Shown piece after piece: positions 1 through 8,691 of a DNA stretch of 41,797 bases; position 1 is the first letter of the stretch, and each line of letters starts with the position of its first letter. Under the pieces are notes generated by a model. That model was not told the DNA's origin, searched no databases, and saw only the letters and a program-made list of their open reading frames with translations. Both the position numbers and the translations under genes were made by a program. Where the stretch lies: assembly GCA_045638055.1 (NCBI GenBank), contig JAZUAR010000070.1:1-41797 (forward strand), written 5' to 3'. The stretch is from Candidatus Avispirillum sp. GTDB taxonomy: Bacteria; Bacillota; Clostridia; Oscillospirales; CAG-272.

Positions 1-722
1 GAGAGGCACAACTCCTTGGCCCACAGAACGACATGGCTACGATCCGCCTTCTGGCATACGCCGCATCCGGTACAGCCTACACGGCAATTGTATCTTTCCT
101 TAGCCGCCGTATCCTTTGAAGCACAGCCAACCCAGTAATAAGCATCATAAGGCACAAGCTTTATAATGTGCTTGGGGCAAGCTGTCACACATTTTCCGCA
201 ACCGGTGCATCTCTTATAGTCAACCGTTGCTGTTCCCTTTTTAATGGAAATTGCATCAAAGGGACAAGCTTTCATACAGTTGCCAAGTCCTACACAAGCA
301 TAACGGCAGCCCTTATTACCGCCGCCAAGCTTCATCTCAGCAAGGCAATCAGCAGCGCCGTCATCGTATATGTACTTCTTACGGGTAGTTTCATTAGTGC
401 CTGAGCACATTACCTGTGCACGCATACGAACAGTATTTCTGTCCTCATTTCCGAGGATCACGCCAACAGCCTGAGCAGTTGCCGCACCGCCAAGGGAGCA
501 GGAGGCGGGAGATGCCTTGCCGTTTACAATTGCCATTGCAAGTGAAGCGCAATCGCCGTATCCGCAGGCACCGCAATTGTCTCCGGGGAGACAATCGAGG
601 ATCTTTTCCCTCTTCAGCTCATTATTAATCTTTCCTCCGCTATACTCTACGTTCTGTAAAATTGCCGCAACAAGGGCAATAATGCAGAGTATACCGCAAG
701 CAATAACTATTCCGAATATCAT
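1..722 (-). CDS. rnfB: Rnf complex subunit B (Fe-S/ferredoxin-like subunit); the C-terminus runs off the window
   Basis: Absent from the ORF track because the window edge truncates it. My own minus-strand translation from the ATG at 722 gives MIFGIVIACGILCIIALVAAILQ (a TM helix), then LPGDNCGACGYGDCASLAMAIV (RnfB-type N-terminal Cys cluster), then ferredoxin motifs (CMKACP, CTGCGKCVTACP, CTGCGVC). The frame stays open to nt 1. It starts 11 nt after the rnfA stop and completes the rnfCDGEAB order. Confidence 0.85.
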   Translation of the reverse strand, partial: MIFGIVIACGILCIIALVAAILQNVEYSGGKINNELKREKILDCLPGDNCGACGYGDCASLAMAIVNGKASPASCSLGGAATAQAVGVILGNEDRNTVRMRAQVMCSGTNETTRKKYIYDDGAADCLAEMKLGGGNKGCRYACVGLGNCMKACPFDAISIKKGTATVDYKRCTGCGKCVTACPKHIIKLVPYDAYYWVGCASKDTAAKERYNCRVGCTGCGVCQKADRSHVVLWAKELCL

Positions 723-733
723 AAAATCACCTC

Positions 734-1309
734 TCAGAAGCTGAGTCCGTAAAATCCGGAAAATGCCATTGCCGCAAGGGCGCAGGAAATAAGAAGAATG
801 GGTATTCCTCTGAAGCTGTCTGCCATATCGGAATTCTCAAATCTCTTCTGTACGCTTGAAAATACAAGCATCACAAGAGTAAATCCGATACCTGCCGCAA
901 GAAGGAAAAGAGTGGAAATACCAAATGAAAAGCTGTTTTCAATGCAAAGAAGAATTGAGCCGAGAACAACGCAGTTACTTGAAATAACAGGAAGAGTTGA
1001 TTCAACAGCCGCATGAGCCTTGCCTGAAATCTTTGATGAGATAAGCTGAACAGCGCAGATCACACAGGTGATTATCACAACGCTGAGGAACGTGATAAAA
1101 TGAGTGATCTTGAGGGGCGCAAGAACGAAATTATAGAGAGCAAGAACGATAGTGCCTGAAATAACGGTAACACAGGTTACAAGTCCTCCGTAAAGCGCCG
1201 CGCCCTGAGGCTTTTCAGTTGCGGTGAAGAAGGATTCAACACCGAAAAGTCTTGAAAGAAGAAGGTTATCGGCAAGAATAGCCGCAAGAACTATAAGTAT
1301 AGCTTCCAT
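734..1309 (-). CDS. rnfA: Rnf complex subunit A (polytopic membrane subunit)
   Basis: A 191-aa, very hydrophobic protein (MEAILIVLAAILADNLLLSRLFG...) with the typical RnfA/NqrE size and N-terminus. It sits between rnfE and rnfB. Confidence 0.9.
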   Translation of the reverse strand: MEAILIVLAAILADNLLLSRLFGVESFFTATEKPQGAALYGGLVTCVTVISGTIVLALYNFVLAPLKITHFITFLSVVIITCVICAVQLISSKISGKAHAAVESTLPVISSNCVVLGSILLCIENSFSFGISTLFLLAAGIGFTLVMLVFSSVQKRFENSDMADSFRGIPILLISCALAAMAFSGFYGLSF

Positions 1310-1319
1310 ATTAACCTCC

Positions 1320-1958
1320 TCAGACTATTTCATCTGCGGCAAGCTTTTCTCTTGCCGCTCTTTTATTCTTTTTAACTATATACTTGGCAACAGCCGCACC
1401 GATTCCTGCAAGGAAAAGAACGCCAACCGTTGTCTGGAGCACGGGGATGGGTGCATTCTTGAATACAACGATTCCGCCCTCACCGAACACGTCGGAAAAG
1501 AGCTTTCCAAGGCCAAGCATTTCTCTGAAAATAGCAGTACCAAGCATTACAAGGATCATCTGTGCGCTTGTGATAAGTGAATCAAAGATCGCACTACCCG
1601 CAGAATTCTCTGCCTTTGTGGATTCGAGGCGCACAAGAATAATACAGCTTACTGCAAGTATGGGAAGATATATTCCGAGCGAGTCAGCCGCCTTCGGGAA
1701 GATATACCATACGAGAAGCTCCACGAGCGAAGCGCAGAATGCAGTAATTGTAACGTAAAGAAGACTGCGAAGCTTCAGAGGGATGATCTTCTTGAACAGC
1801 GCTACGATAAGCTGAGCAAGAAGAAGAGTAACTGAAAAAGCAACAGCCATGGTAAGCGCTCTTGTTACAGTAGTGGTCACCACAAGAAGGGGGCATACTG
1901 TGAGCATCTTATAGGAGGAGAGCTCTGTTGAGCTTTTGAGTCTTGTTTTAATAAGCAT
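1320..1958 (-). CDS. rnfE: Rnf complex subunit E (polytopic membrane subunit)
   Basis: A 212-aa hydrophobic protein with the RnfE/NqrD-like motif CPLLVVTTT. Its position in the rnf gene order fits, and the ATG lies 2 nt after the rnfG stop. Confidence 0.9.
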   Translation of the reverse strand: MLIKTRLKSSTELSSYKMLTVCPLLVVTTTVTRALTMAVAFSVTLLLAQLIVALFKKIIPLKLRSLLYVTITAFCASLVELLVWYIFPKAADSLGIYLPILAVSCIILVRLESTKAENSAGSAIFDSLITSAQMILVMLGTAIFREMLGLGKLFSDVFGEGGIVVFKNAPIPVLQTTVGVLFLAGIGAAVAKYIVKKNKRAAREKLAADEIV

Positions 1959-1960
1959 CG

Positions 1961-3106
1961 TTATACCTCCTCTTCCCCTGCGGGTGTAGCTGCGTCACTG
2001 TCTGAGGGGCCTGTTGTTTCAGAAGTATCGGGGCCTGTTGTTTCCTCGGGAGAAGTATCCTCGGGACCTGTTGTTTCCTCAGGCGCCTCGGTTGTGTCCT
2101 CAACCTTTTCGGTGGTCTCCTCAGCTTCAGTTGTTTCCTCTGTCTTTTCAGTTGTTTCGGGAGCCTTTGTAGTTTCCTCAGCCTCAGTTGTCTCCTCGGC
2201 CTCGGTAGTTTCATCGGGCTCCTCGGTTTCTGTTTCATATACGGTGGTTTCGTCCTCACCGTCAATGTTCATACTGTCGTCCCCGTTACCCTGGTTTACG
2301 TTTGATCCGCCGCTGGGACCGCTGGGTCTGGGCTTGCCCGTAGTTTCCGCGGGATCGGTTTCGTCTGCAGGATCCTTTTTATCGTCATCTTCCTTCTTGA
2401 TCTCCTCTTCAATCTCCTCCTCGGAAATTGTTTCATAGCCAAGCTCGTTTGCGATAGAGTCTGTGCTGAGAGTAAGACCGAGGATCTCAAGCACCGCATC
2501 GCCAAGAGCCTTTGAGGAGCTTGTAGCGCCGGAAATGAAATCATAATCAGCACCGGTATTACCGATGAGAAGGCCCTTGAACTGTGAAAGGAAGGTATCC
2601 TTGCCGATCTGAGAGCCAAGTCCCATAGATTCGTTATGATCAAGAACCTTGATCTTAGAGATCATATTATTGGAATTAAAGGCAACAACAAAGGAAATCT
2701 CGCCGCCAAAGCCCTCAGCTGTTCCCATAACGGCATAGCCTGCCATCTTATTCTTGAAGAAAACGGCATAAACGTCGTATCCCTCAAGGTTTGTAGCATA
2801 GCTTTCGATTCTGTCGCAATTATCAAATACGGAAAGAACGTTCTTCTCAAGAACACTATTTTCGTACTTATCAACAGCCGCAGCCACTCCCCAGCCGCTA
2901 AAGCAGATAATGAGGGCAAGAACTGTTGCGATAAATGCAAATACAAGAGAATTTCTCTTATTTTCAAGGGCTTCGTTTACTGACTGCGCGCCATCCTTTT
3001 CAGGTGCAGGCGCAAAATCATCGGGATTGAATTCGGGAGAATTGATCTCCTCCTCGCTCAGCCCCTTCTTAAATTCGGGCTCGTTTGAATTACTGTATCT
3101 TTTCAT
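1961..3106 (-). CDS. rnfG: Rnf complex subunit G (FMN-binding), unusually long, with an N-terminal extension and a ~155-aa acidic Thr/Glu-rich C-terminal tail
   Basis: One TM helix (LVFAFIATVLALIICFSGWGVAAAV) is followed by an FMN_bind-like core carrying the flavinylation-type motif ISGATSSS. The low-complexity tail then reads ETTEAEETTEAEETTKAPETTEKTEETTEAEETTEK... The gene overlaps the rnfD end by 17 nt. Confidence 0.85.
   Translation of the reverse strand: MKRYSNSNEPEFKKGLSEEEINSPEFNPDDFAPAPEKDGAQSVNEALENKRNSLVFAFIATVLALIICFSGWGVAAAVDKYENSVLEKNVLSVFDNCDRIESYATNLEGYDVYAVFFKNKMAGYAVMGTAEGFGGEISFVVAFNSNNMISKIKVLDHNESMGLGSQIGKDTFLSQFKGLLIGNTGADYDFISGATSSSKALGDAVLEILGLTLSTDSIANELGYETISEEEIEEEIKKEDDDKKDPADETDPAETTGKPRPSGPSGGSNVNQGNGDDSMNIDGEDETTVYETETEEPDETTEAEETTEAEETTKAPETTEKTEETTEAEETTEKVEDTTEAPEETTGPEDTSPEETTGPDTSETTGPSDSDAATPAGEEEV
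2009..2248 (-). repeat. Imperfect ~18-nt tandem repeats encoding ETTEAE-like hexapeptide units inside rnfG
   Basis: Plus-strand units such as ctcagcttcagttgtttc, ctcagcctcagttgtctc and ctcggcctcggtagtttc recur. They also generate spurious repetitive ORFs in other frames (1948..2265 minus, 2094..2438 plus). Confidence 0.8.
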
Positions 3107-4088
3107 TCTTACCTCCGAATTTATAAGGCTTAGTCCAGGATTCGATCAGGGGTGTGAGGAGATTCATTATAAGAATCGCAAAAGCAGTTCCCTCGGGATA
3201 TGCTCCGAAATATCTTATAAGCACGGTAATAAGACCGCATCCCACACCGAAAATGAGCTTACCGTTTCTTGTAACGGGAATTGTAGTAGTATCGTTGGCA
3301 CAGAAAAGTGCTGCAAAGAGAAGGCTTCCGGATGCTACCTGATGGAACATAGCGTTAGCCTCACCTGTGATAGGTGCAAGTATTGAAATAACGAATACAG
3401 TACCCACAAAGGTTACAGGAATTCTCCATGAAACGATCTTTCTGAAGAACAGATAAATAAATCCCGCACCAAGCGCAATAGCAGAAACCTCGCCGATTGC
3501 ACCGGGATAATCACCAAGAACAAGTCTGAAGAAATTAATTGCGGATGCCTCACCTGTCTTCATATCTACAAGAGGTGTTGCGCTTGAAACAAGATCACCC
3601 TTGTAAAGATATCTGACCATCTGATCGGGCCAGCAAAGCATAAGAAATACTCTTGCAGCAATGGCAGGGTTTACTATATTCTTGCCAAGACCGCCAAAGA
3701 ACTGCTTTACAACAATGATAGCAAAGGCGCTACCAACCACAGGTACCCAGTAGGATACGCCCGCAGGAAGTGAAAGGCCGAGAATAAGACCTGTTACAAC
3801 CGCAGACATATCGGCAATACGGACCTTTTTTCTCCAGAGAAGCTGGTAAACAGCCTCGGAGACTACTGCTGAAAGCACGGAAAGGAGAACGATATAAAGC
3901 GCTCTGATTCCAAAGAAATATATGCCGAACAAAAGAGCAGGCATAAGTGCGAGAATAACGTCGAGCATAATTCCCGTTACTGTATCCAGCTTTCTCATAT
4001 GAGGAGAGGGAGATACACTGAGAAGCTCGGGCAAGGAGGACTTATCTGCTCTTTTTCTTGAAATGCTTACGGTTTCGTTATTATTCAT
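3090..4088 (-). CDS. rnfD: Rnf complex subunit D (membrane subunit, FMN-binding)
   Basis: A 332-aa polytopic membrane protein with an NqrB/RnfD-like SSATPL motif (the flavinylation site). It overlaps the rnfC stop by 8 nt. Confidence 0.9.
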   Translation of the reverse strand: MNNNETVSISRKRADKSSLPELLSVSPSPHMRKLDTVTGIMLDVILALMPALLFGIYFFGIRALYIVLLSVLSAVVSEAVYQLLWRKKVRIADMSAVVTGLILGLSLPAGVSYWVPVVGSAFAIIVVKQFFGGLGKNIVNPAIAARVFLMLCWPDQMVRYLYKGDLVSSATPLVDMKTGEASAINFFRLVLGDYPGAIGEVSAIALGAGFIYLFFRKIVSWRIPVTFVGTVFVISILAPITGEANAMFHQVASGSLLFAALFCANDTTTIPVTRNGKLIFGVGCGLITVLIRYFGAYPEGTAFAILIMNLLTPLIESWTKPYKFGGKNEKIQ

Positions 4089-5427
4089 GATTCCGCTGCT
4101 GCTCCTGAAGAGCGTTCCTCCTCTTTGTCAAAATTTCAGTTTTTGCGCGGCTCACTATCTGTGTGACGGGATTACCGCCGGGACAAACGTGAGTACAAGC
4201 GCCGCATTCGATACAGGCAGCAGCACCGAGGCTCTCTGCCTTATCGATCTTCGCGCGGTTAGTAAAGGCAACGATCTCAAGGGGCATAAGACCCATGGGA
4301 CAAGCCTTTACGCATCGGCCGCATCTGATACACACGGGCTCCATCTTGGATTCGCGGTCAAAATAGTCGCTGAACACAAGAACTGCAGACGTTGTTTTTG
4401 ATACGGGAGCTTCCTTATCCCACTGTGCCTGACCCATGAGAGGGCCGCCAAAGATGATCTTTTTAGGCTGCTTTACCACGCCGCCGCACTGCTCGATAAT
4501 ATATGAGGCGGAGGTACCGATGGGAACAGAAACGTTTTTGGGATTTGCAACACAGTCGCCGTCAACCGTAACGTTTCGTCTGATAAGGGGCATTCCCTTT
4601 GAGAATGCATTGTATACAGCCGCGCAGGTCTCTGCATTGAAAACAACGCAGCCCGCATCGATAGCTGTCTTTCCTTCAGGAATCTCTTCCTTTGTGAGAG
4701 CATATACAAGATGCTTTTCACTGCCTGAGGGATACTTGGAGGTTACCTTTTTGAGAGTTATAAGCTTCTCTCTTTCAAGGGCTGCCTGCAAAGTCTTGAT
4801 TTCTTTTTTTCTATCCTTTTCAATAGCCATATACGCCTCTCTGACGCCTACAGCCATCATAAGGATCTTGATTCCGCCGATAATATCCTGAAGATTCTCA
4901 ATAATCATTATGCCTGTAACAGTAACGAAGGGCTCGCCCTCACAGCAGTTGATGATCATTGTATCAACTCTTCCCCTTGCAGATGCAACCTTAGCATATG
5001 TGGGGAAAGCAGTACCGCCCATACCTGCGATTCCTGCATTTCTGATAACTGCAACGATCTCAGCAAAGGTTGCATCAGAAAGCTTCTTACCAAAGGGATG
5101 AACTGTATCTGCAAGAGTATTCAGCTTATCATTTTCTATTACTACATTGTAAGAAATACCGCCGTATGTAGTGGTTACCTCCTCGATCTTCTGTACAGTA
5201 CCCGAAACACTTGAATGCACGGGACAGCCGAGACCTGCAGGAACCTCACCGATAAGCTGACCGACAAGAACGTGGTCGCCCGCTTTAACTACGGGACGGC
5301 ACATTACACCGACGTGCTGTGAAAGAGGAATGGAAACCACGTCGGGATCCTTGATTCTCTCAATTGCACAGTCCTTTGTGTATTTATGGTCATCGGGGCG
5401 GATACCGCCCCTAAAGGTGTATGCCAA
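4081..5427 (-). CDS. rnfC: Rnf complex subunit C (NADH-binding, 2x[4Fe-4S])
   Basis: A 448-aa protein with the N-terminus MAYTFRGGIRPDDHK typical of RnfC and two CxxCxxCxxxCP motifs (CIRCGRCVKACP, CIECGACTHVCP). The start codon is TTG at 5427, the only in-frame start after an upstream stop, and it is preceded by GAGGTG 7 nt upstream. Confidence 0.92.
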   Translation of the reverse strand: MAYTFRGGIRPDDHKYTKDCAIERIKDPDVVSIPLSQHVGVMCRPVVKAGDHVLVGQLIGEVPAGLGCPVHSSVSGTVQKIEEVTTTYGGISYNVVIENDKLNTLADTVHPFGKKLSDATFAEIVAVIRNAGIAGMGGTAFPTYAKVASARGRVDTMIINCCEGEPFVTVTGIMIIENLQDIIGGIKILMMAVGVREAYMAIEKDRKKEIKTLQAALEREKLITLKKVTSKYPSGSEKHLVYALTKEEIPEGKTAIDAGCVVFNAETCAAVYNAFSKGMPLIRRNVTVDGDCVANPKNVSVPIGTSASYIIEQCGGVVKQPKKIIFGGPLMGQAQWDKEAPVSKTTSAVLVFSDYFDRESKMEPVCIRCGRCVKACPMGLMPLEIVAFTNRAKIDKAESLGAAACIECGACTHVCPGGNPVTQIVSRAKTEILTKRRNALQEQQRNHE

Positions 5428-5447
5428 TGTTATTCACCTCTTATAAA

Positions 5448-6866
5448 TTATTTTAAGGGAGTCCAGTTACCGAATACTGTGAAGTTGATTACACCGGGCT
5501 CAATATTTTCGGGATGTCCGCAGATACGAAGACGAACAGCCTTAGCTCTCATCTGTGTGATGGGAAGATAGTCGATAAGCATATCAACTGTGTTTTCGGA
5601 CTTATCAAGAACGCATACCCACTCATCGTCCATACCCATAGCCTCAACCTTGTACTGGAAGGGTCCGGGCATAATTCCCTTCTTAAAATCCATTCCAACG
5701 TCTCTCCACATGATTCTCATGGAGTAGATGTTAAGACCTTCCTCAGACATCTTTACTGTGAGTGTGGGATCGGGATCGTCTGCCGCAGGCTGCCACCATG
5801 TGAGCATGGAGTCATCGCAGGCGTAGATACCGTCACGGCCGGGAGCCATAGAGGACTCTACTGCAGGACCGATATTCTGTGTAAGAGGAATAAGTCCCGC
5901 ATCGTTACCGAGGTGGGGATTTTCCTTATATCCGGGAACCCACTGAGGGATCTCAGTAGACTTCGTAGGGATAATATCGCCGTTTTCGTCAAAGCCGAGA
6001 GCGTCAAATCCGCATCTTCTCTCGAAGTTACCGCCAAAGCCTACAAGGCAGGTATAGAATACCCAGAGAGTGTTGTTGGGACCCTCTACGATGGAGCCGT
6101 GACCGGGAGCGCGAACAAGTCCGTGACGGTTGATAAGGAAGGGGCTTGTTTCCATATATGTCCAGGGACCCATGGGAGAATCGCTCTTATAAGCGCCCAT
6201 AGCATATGTTACCCATTCAGTACCGGGGCCGGAGTAAACAAGATAGTATGTACCGTTTCTCTTGTGCATCCATGCACCCTCAACCCAAGAGTAGGAGCCG
6301 TCCTGATTCCAGTCGCCCATTCTCTCCCATACGTGGTTTTCTGTGTCCATATCGAACATAACCTTATGGTCTGTGAGAAGCTGTGTGGGGTTATCTGCAT
6401 CAAGCTCAACGCCCTTGATACCGCCGCCGCAGCCGCTGTAAAGATAAAGTCTCTCATCGTCATCGGAGAAAAGCATAGGGTCGTCGCAAAGATACACAGT
6501 ACCGTCGGGACGGAGGAAGTTTCCGAGATTTGTGAAGGGTCCGAGAGGATTATCTGCAACGTAAATAGGTGCGGAGCAAGCTGTGAGATAGAACTTACCC
6601 TTGTGCTTTACAACTGTGGGAGCATATCCGCAATCGTAGGGCTCCATATGAACGTGATTCCATGTTGTGAAGTCCTCAGTCCAGTAAACCATTCCGCAGG
6701 AGGGATAGAGATACCACTTTCCGTCCTCGTAGATTACTGTGGGGTCAGCTGTCTCTCTGAAGTCAGCTCTGTGCTGCCATGTGAAGTTAAAGCAGTTTCT
6801 GCCAAGAGGATAATCAGGCAGAGGAATAGGGTTACAATAGGTCTTTGATACGTCAATGTTCATCAT
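5448..6866 (-). CDS. Glycoside hydrolase family 43-like protein (five-bladed beta-propeller) with an extra C-terminal beta-sandwich-like region; no signal peptide
   Basis: GH43-type motifs are present: ETADPTVIY..GKWYLY, APTVVKHKGKFYL, DDPMLFSDDDERLYLY, VEGAWMHKRNGTYYLVYS, YKSDSPMGPW and GHGSIVEGP. It is a paralog of the next gene. Confidence 0.75.
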   Translation of the reverse strand: MMNIDVSKTYCNPIPLPDYPLGRNCFNFTWQHRADFRETADPTVIYEDGKWYLYPSCGMVYWTEDFTTWNHVHMEPYDCGYAPTVVKHKGKFYLTACSAPIYVADNPLGPFTNLGNFLRPDGTVYLCDDPMLFSDDDERLYLYSGCGGGIKGVELDADNPTQLLTDHKVMFDMDTENHVWERMGDWNQDGSYSWVEGAWMHKRNGTYYLVYSGPGTEWVTYAMGAYKSDSPMGPWTYMETSPFLINRHGLVRAPGHGSIVEGPNNTLWVFYTCLVGFGGNFERRCGFDALGFDENGDIIPTKSTEIPQWVPGYKENPHLGNDAGLIPLTQNIGPAVESSMAPGRDGIYACDDSMLTWWQPAADDPDPTLTVKMSEEGLNIYSMRIMWRDVGMDFKKGIMPGPFQYKVEAMGMDDEWVCVLDKSENTVDMLIDYLPITQMRAKAVRLRICGHPENIEPGVINFTVFGNWTPLK

Positions 6867-6868
6867 AA

Positions 6869-8278
6869 TTATTTCTCCTTAGGGCTCCAGTAGCCAAATA
6901 TAGATATATTCATAACAGCGGGCTTGATCTTTTCGGGCCAGCCCACAATTTCAAGCTTTACTTCGTTTGCACGGAATGTTTCAAAGGTGCGGTAGTCGAT
7001 TATCATATCCTCATTACTTTCGCTTCTGTCAACAACGCAGGTCCATTCCTCGCTCTCCTCAGTATCTCTGAGATAAAGCTTATACTTGATAGGTCCGGGC
7101 AAAGCGCCGTTCACAAGTGAAAGTCCAACGTCGCGCCAGATGATTCTGACAGCAGCGCAGTTCATTCCCCAATAAGAAAGAGGAATATTAAGTGTGGGAT
7201 TTGCATCACCGTCCGCAGGCTCCCACCAGGACATAAGGTCCTCATCGGTTGCATAAAGAGCGCTTCTTCCGGGAGCTTCACTTGAAGCTGTCGCTCTTCT
7301 TCTGCCGGATACACAGATAAGTCCTGTATCGCCCTCGTTTACGGGATCTGCAACGGCACCGGGCGCCCACTGAGGAGTTTCCGTTACCTTCTTGCATACA
7401 AGATTTCCATTTTCATCAATATAAAGAGGATCGTATCCGATTCTTCTCTCCATTGCGTCGATATAGCAGATTGTTGTAGTATAGAACACCCAAAGAGTGT
7501 CATTCGGGCCCTCAACGATAGAGCCGTGACCGGGTCCGCGAACAACGCCGTCACGCTTTTCGATAAAGGGACTTGATTCCATATAAGTCCAGGGGCCAAG
7601 GGGAGAATCACTCTTATATGCGCCCATAGCATAAGAGGAAAACTCTGTTGCAGGTGCGCCGTATGTAAGATAGTAAACTCCGTTTTTCTTAAAGAGCCAG
7701 GGACCCTCCATTGCGCAGGAGCTGCCATCCTCGTTATACTCACCGCCGCGCTCCCAGATATGATCGGGATTAAAGCGGAACATAAGCTCAGGCTCTGAAA
7801 GAAGCTTTGTAGGCTCATCACAGTCAAGCTCAACGCCGAGGATCTCGGGCCAGCCTGTTGTGTAATAAAGATAGAATCTTCCGTCATCATCAGAGAACAC
7901 CATGGGATCGTAGCAGCGTGTCAGCTCCTCACCCGAAGGAAGTGTGAATCTGCCGATAGACACGAAGGGACCGAGGGGATCGTCGGAAACGAAGAGATCG
8001 GAAAGGCTTGAGCAAAGATAATACTTTCCGTTATGCTTTGCCACAGTAGGCGCATATCCGCAATCATAAGGCTCCATATGCTTATGATTCCAGGTTACGA
8101 AATCCTCAGACCAATAAACCATTCCGCATGAGGAATAGAGATACCATATTCCGTTTTCATAAAGAACTGTGGGGTCTGCGGTTTCTCTCCATGTCTCTTC
8201 CCTGTCAAGACCGAATCTTCCGATAGGATAATCAGGCAGGGGGATAGGGTTACAATAAGTGTTTTGATACTTGTTCAT
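6869..8278 (-). CDS. Glycoside hydrolase family 43-like protein, paralog of 5448..6866; no signal peptide
   Basis: It has the same motif set (ETADPTVLY, APTVAKHNGKYYL, YDPMVFSDDDGRFYLY, MEGPWLFKKNGVYYLTYG, YKSDSPLGPW, GHGSIVEGP). A GGAG RBS sits 5 nt before the ATG at 8278, and the stop lies 2 nt before the next gene's ATG. Confidence 0.75.
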   Translation of the reverse strand: MNKYQNTYCNPIPLPDYPIGRFGLDREETWRETADPTVLYENGIWYLYSSCGMVYWSEDFVTWNHKHMEPYDCGYAPTVAKHNGKYYLCSSLSDLFVSDDPLGPFVSIGRFTLPSGEELTRCYDPMVFSDDDGRFYLYYTTGWPEILGVELDCDEPTKLLSEPELMFRFNPDHIWERGGEYNEDGSSCAMEGPWLFKKNGVYYLTYGAPATEFSSYAMGAYKSDSPLGPWTYMESSPFIEKRDGVVRGPGHGSIVEGPNDTLWVFYTTTICYIDAMERRIGYDPLYIDENGNLVCKKVTETPQWAPGAVADPVNEGDTGLICVSGRRRATASSEAPGRSALYATDEDLMSWWEPADGDANPTLNIPLSYWGMNCAAVRIIWRDVGLSLVNGALPGPIKYKLYLRDTEESEEWTCVVDRSESNEDMIIDYRTFETFRANEVKLEIVGWPEKIKPAVMNISIFGYWSPKEK

Positions 8279-8310
8279 AAACGCTCCGAATCACATAAAT
8301 ATACAAATTA

Positions 8311-8339
8311 ATTGTACCACATCATAGCTCTTATGTAAA
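8311..8339 (-). promoter_or_regulatory. Sigma-A-type promoter upstream of the GH43 pair (and possibly rnf)
   Basis: The minus strand reads TTTACA-17 nt-TACAAT with a TGn extended -10 (gTGgTACAAT). It lies about 33 nt upstream of the ATG at 8278. Confidence 0.5.
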
Positions 8340-8361
8340 TAGAAATCGCCTTTTTTAAAAC

Positions 8362-8391
8362 AAAAAAGACAGGTAATTTTACCTGTCTTTT
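8362..8391. terminator. Bidirectional rho-independent terminator after divIC
   Basis: The stem is aagacaggta (8366-8375) paired with tacctgtctt (8380-8389), with loop attt. It is flanked by an A-run upstream and a T-run downstream, so a T-tract follows the hairpin on either strand. Confidence 0.7.
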
Positions 8392-8393
8392 AC

Positions 8394-8675
8394 TTAGTCA
8401 TTAATGTCATTATAAAAGATGATTTCCTCGGGAAGACGGAGGTTGAGCTTATCCTTTGCAACGTCGATAACGTGGTCCTCATCGCCGATGCTTGCCTTCT
8501 CGTTTTCGAGATGCTCCTTCTCATCGATAAGGTCGTTTACCTCTGCCTGAAGCTCATCTCTCTGCTCCTTATAGGAGTTATACTGGAGCTGAAGCTGTAC
8601 GATAGTAATCACCGCAAATACAGCAAAAGCAAATATAGCAATTCTGACAAAAACGCCGGTTTCATTCTTTTTCAT
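8394..8675 (-). CDS. divIC: Septum formation initiator family protein (FtsB/DivIC-like)
   Basis: MKKNETGVFVRIAIFAFAVFAVITIV (a TM helix) is followed by a coiled-coil-like segment (LQLQYNSYKEQRDELQAEVNDLIDEKEHLENE). It follows yabQ, as in Bacillus. The ORF track extends to a TTG at 8708 that overlaps yabQ; I prefer the ATG at 8675. Confidence 0.7.
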   Translation of the reverse strand: MKKNETGVFVRIAIFAFAVFAVITIVQLQLQYNSYKEQRDELQAEVNDLIDEKEHLENEKASIGDEDHVIDVAKDKLNLRLPEEIIFYNDIND

Positions 8676-8691
8676 ATTCACGACGATCCTT

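Noticed and set aside
168-744. Plus-strand ORFs 168..404, 416..628 and 517..744.
   Set aside because: They lie antisense to the truncated rnfB, whose Cys-cluster motifs and operon position are convincing.
1948-2438. Repetitive ORFs 1948..2265(-) (Arg/Lys/Leu/Gln repeats) and 2094..2438(+) (Ser/Val repeats).
   Set aside because: They are alternative-frame and antisense readings of the 18-nt tandem repeats that encode the RnfG acidic tail. They are nested entirely inside rnfG and have no independent start signals.
5514-6848. Very long antisense ORFs opposite well-supported genes. They are 5514..6848(+) opposite a GH43 gene, 16663..17532(+) opposite relA, 24820..25797(-) and 25931..26743(-) opposite the oxidoreductase alpha and beta subunits, 31086..31802(+) opposite the aldolase, 34716..36122(+) and 36312..37028(+) opposite the NagA/NagB-like genes, and 39582..40700(-) opposite ackA.
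   Set aside because: The opposite strand carries unambiguous family motifs in each case. The antisense translations are Cys/Leu/Val/Ser-rich low-complexity strings with no recognisable motifs and no RBS. Strong C-ending codon bias avoids TTA, CTA and TCA codons, which removes stops from the antisense frame, so these look like codon-bias artefacts. Only ribosome profiling could overturn this.
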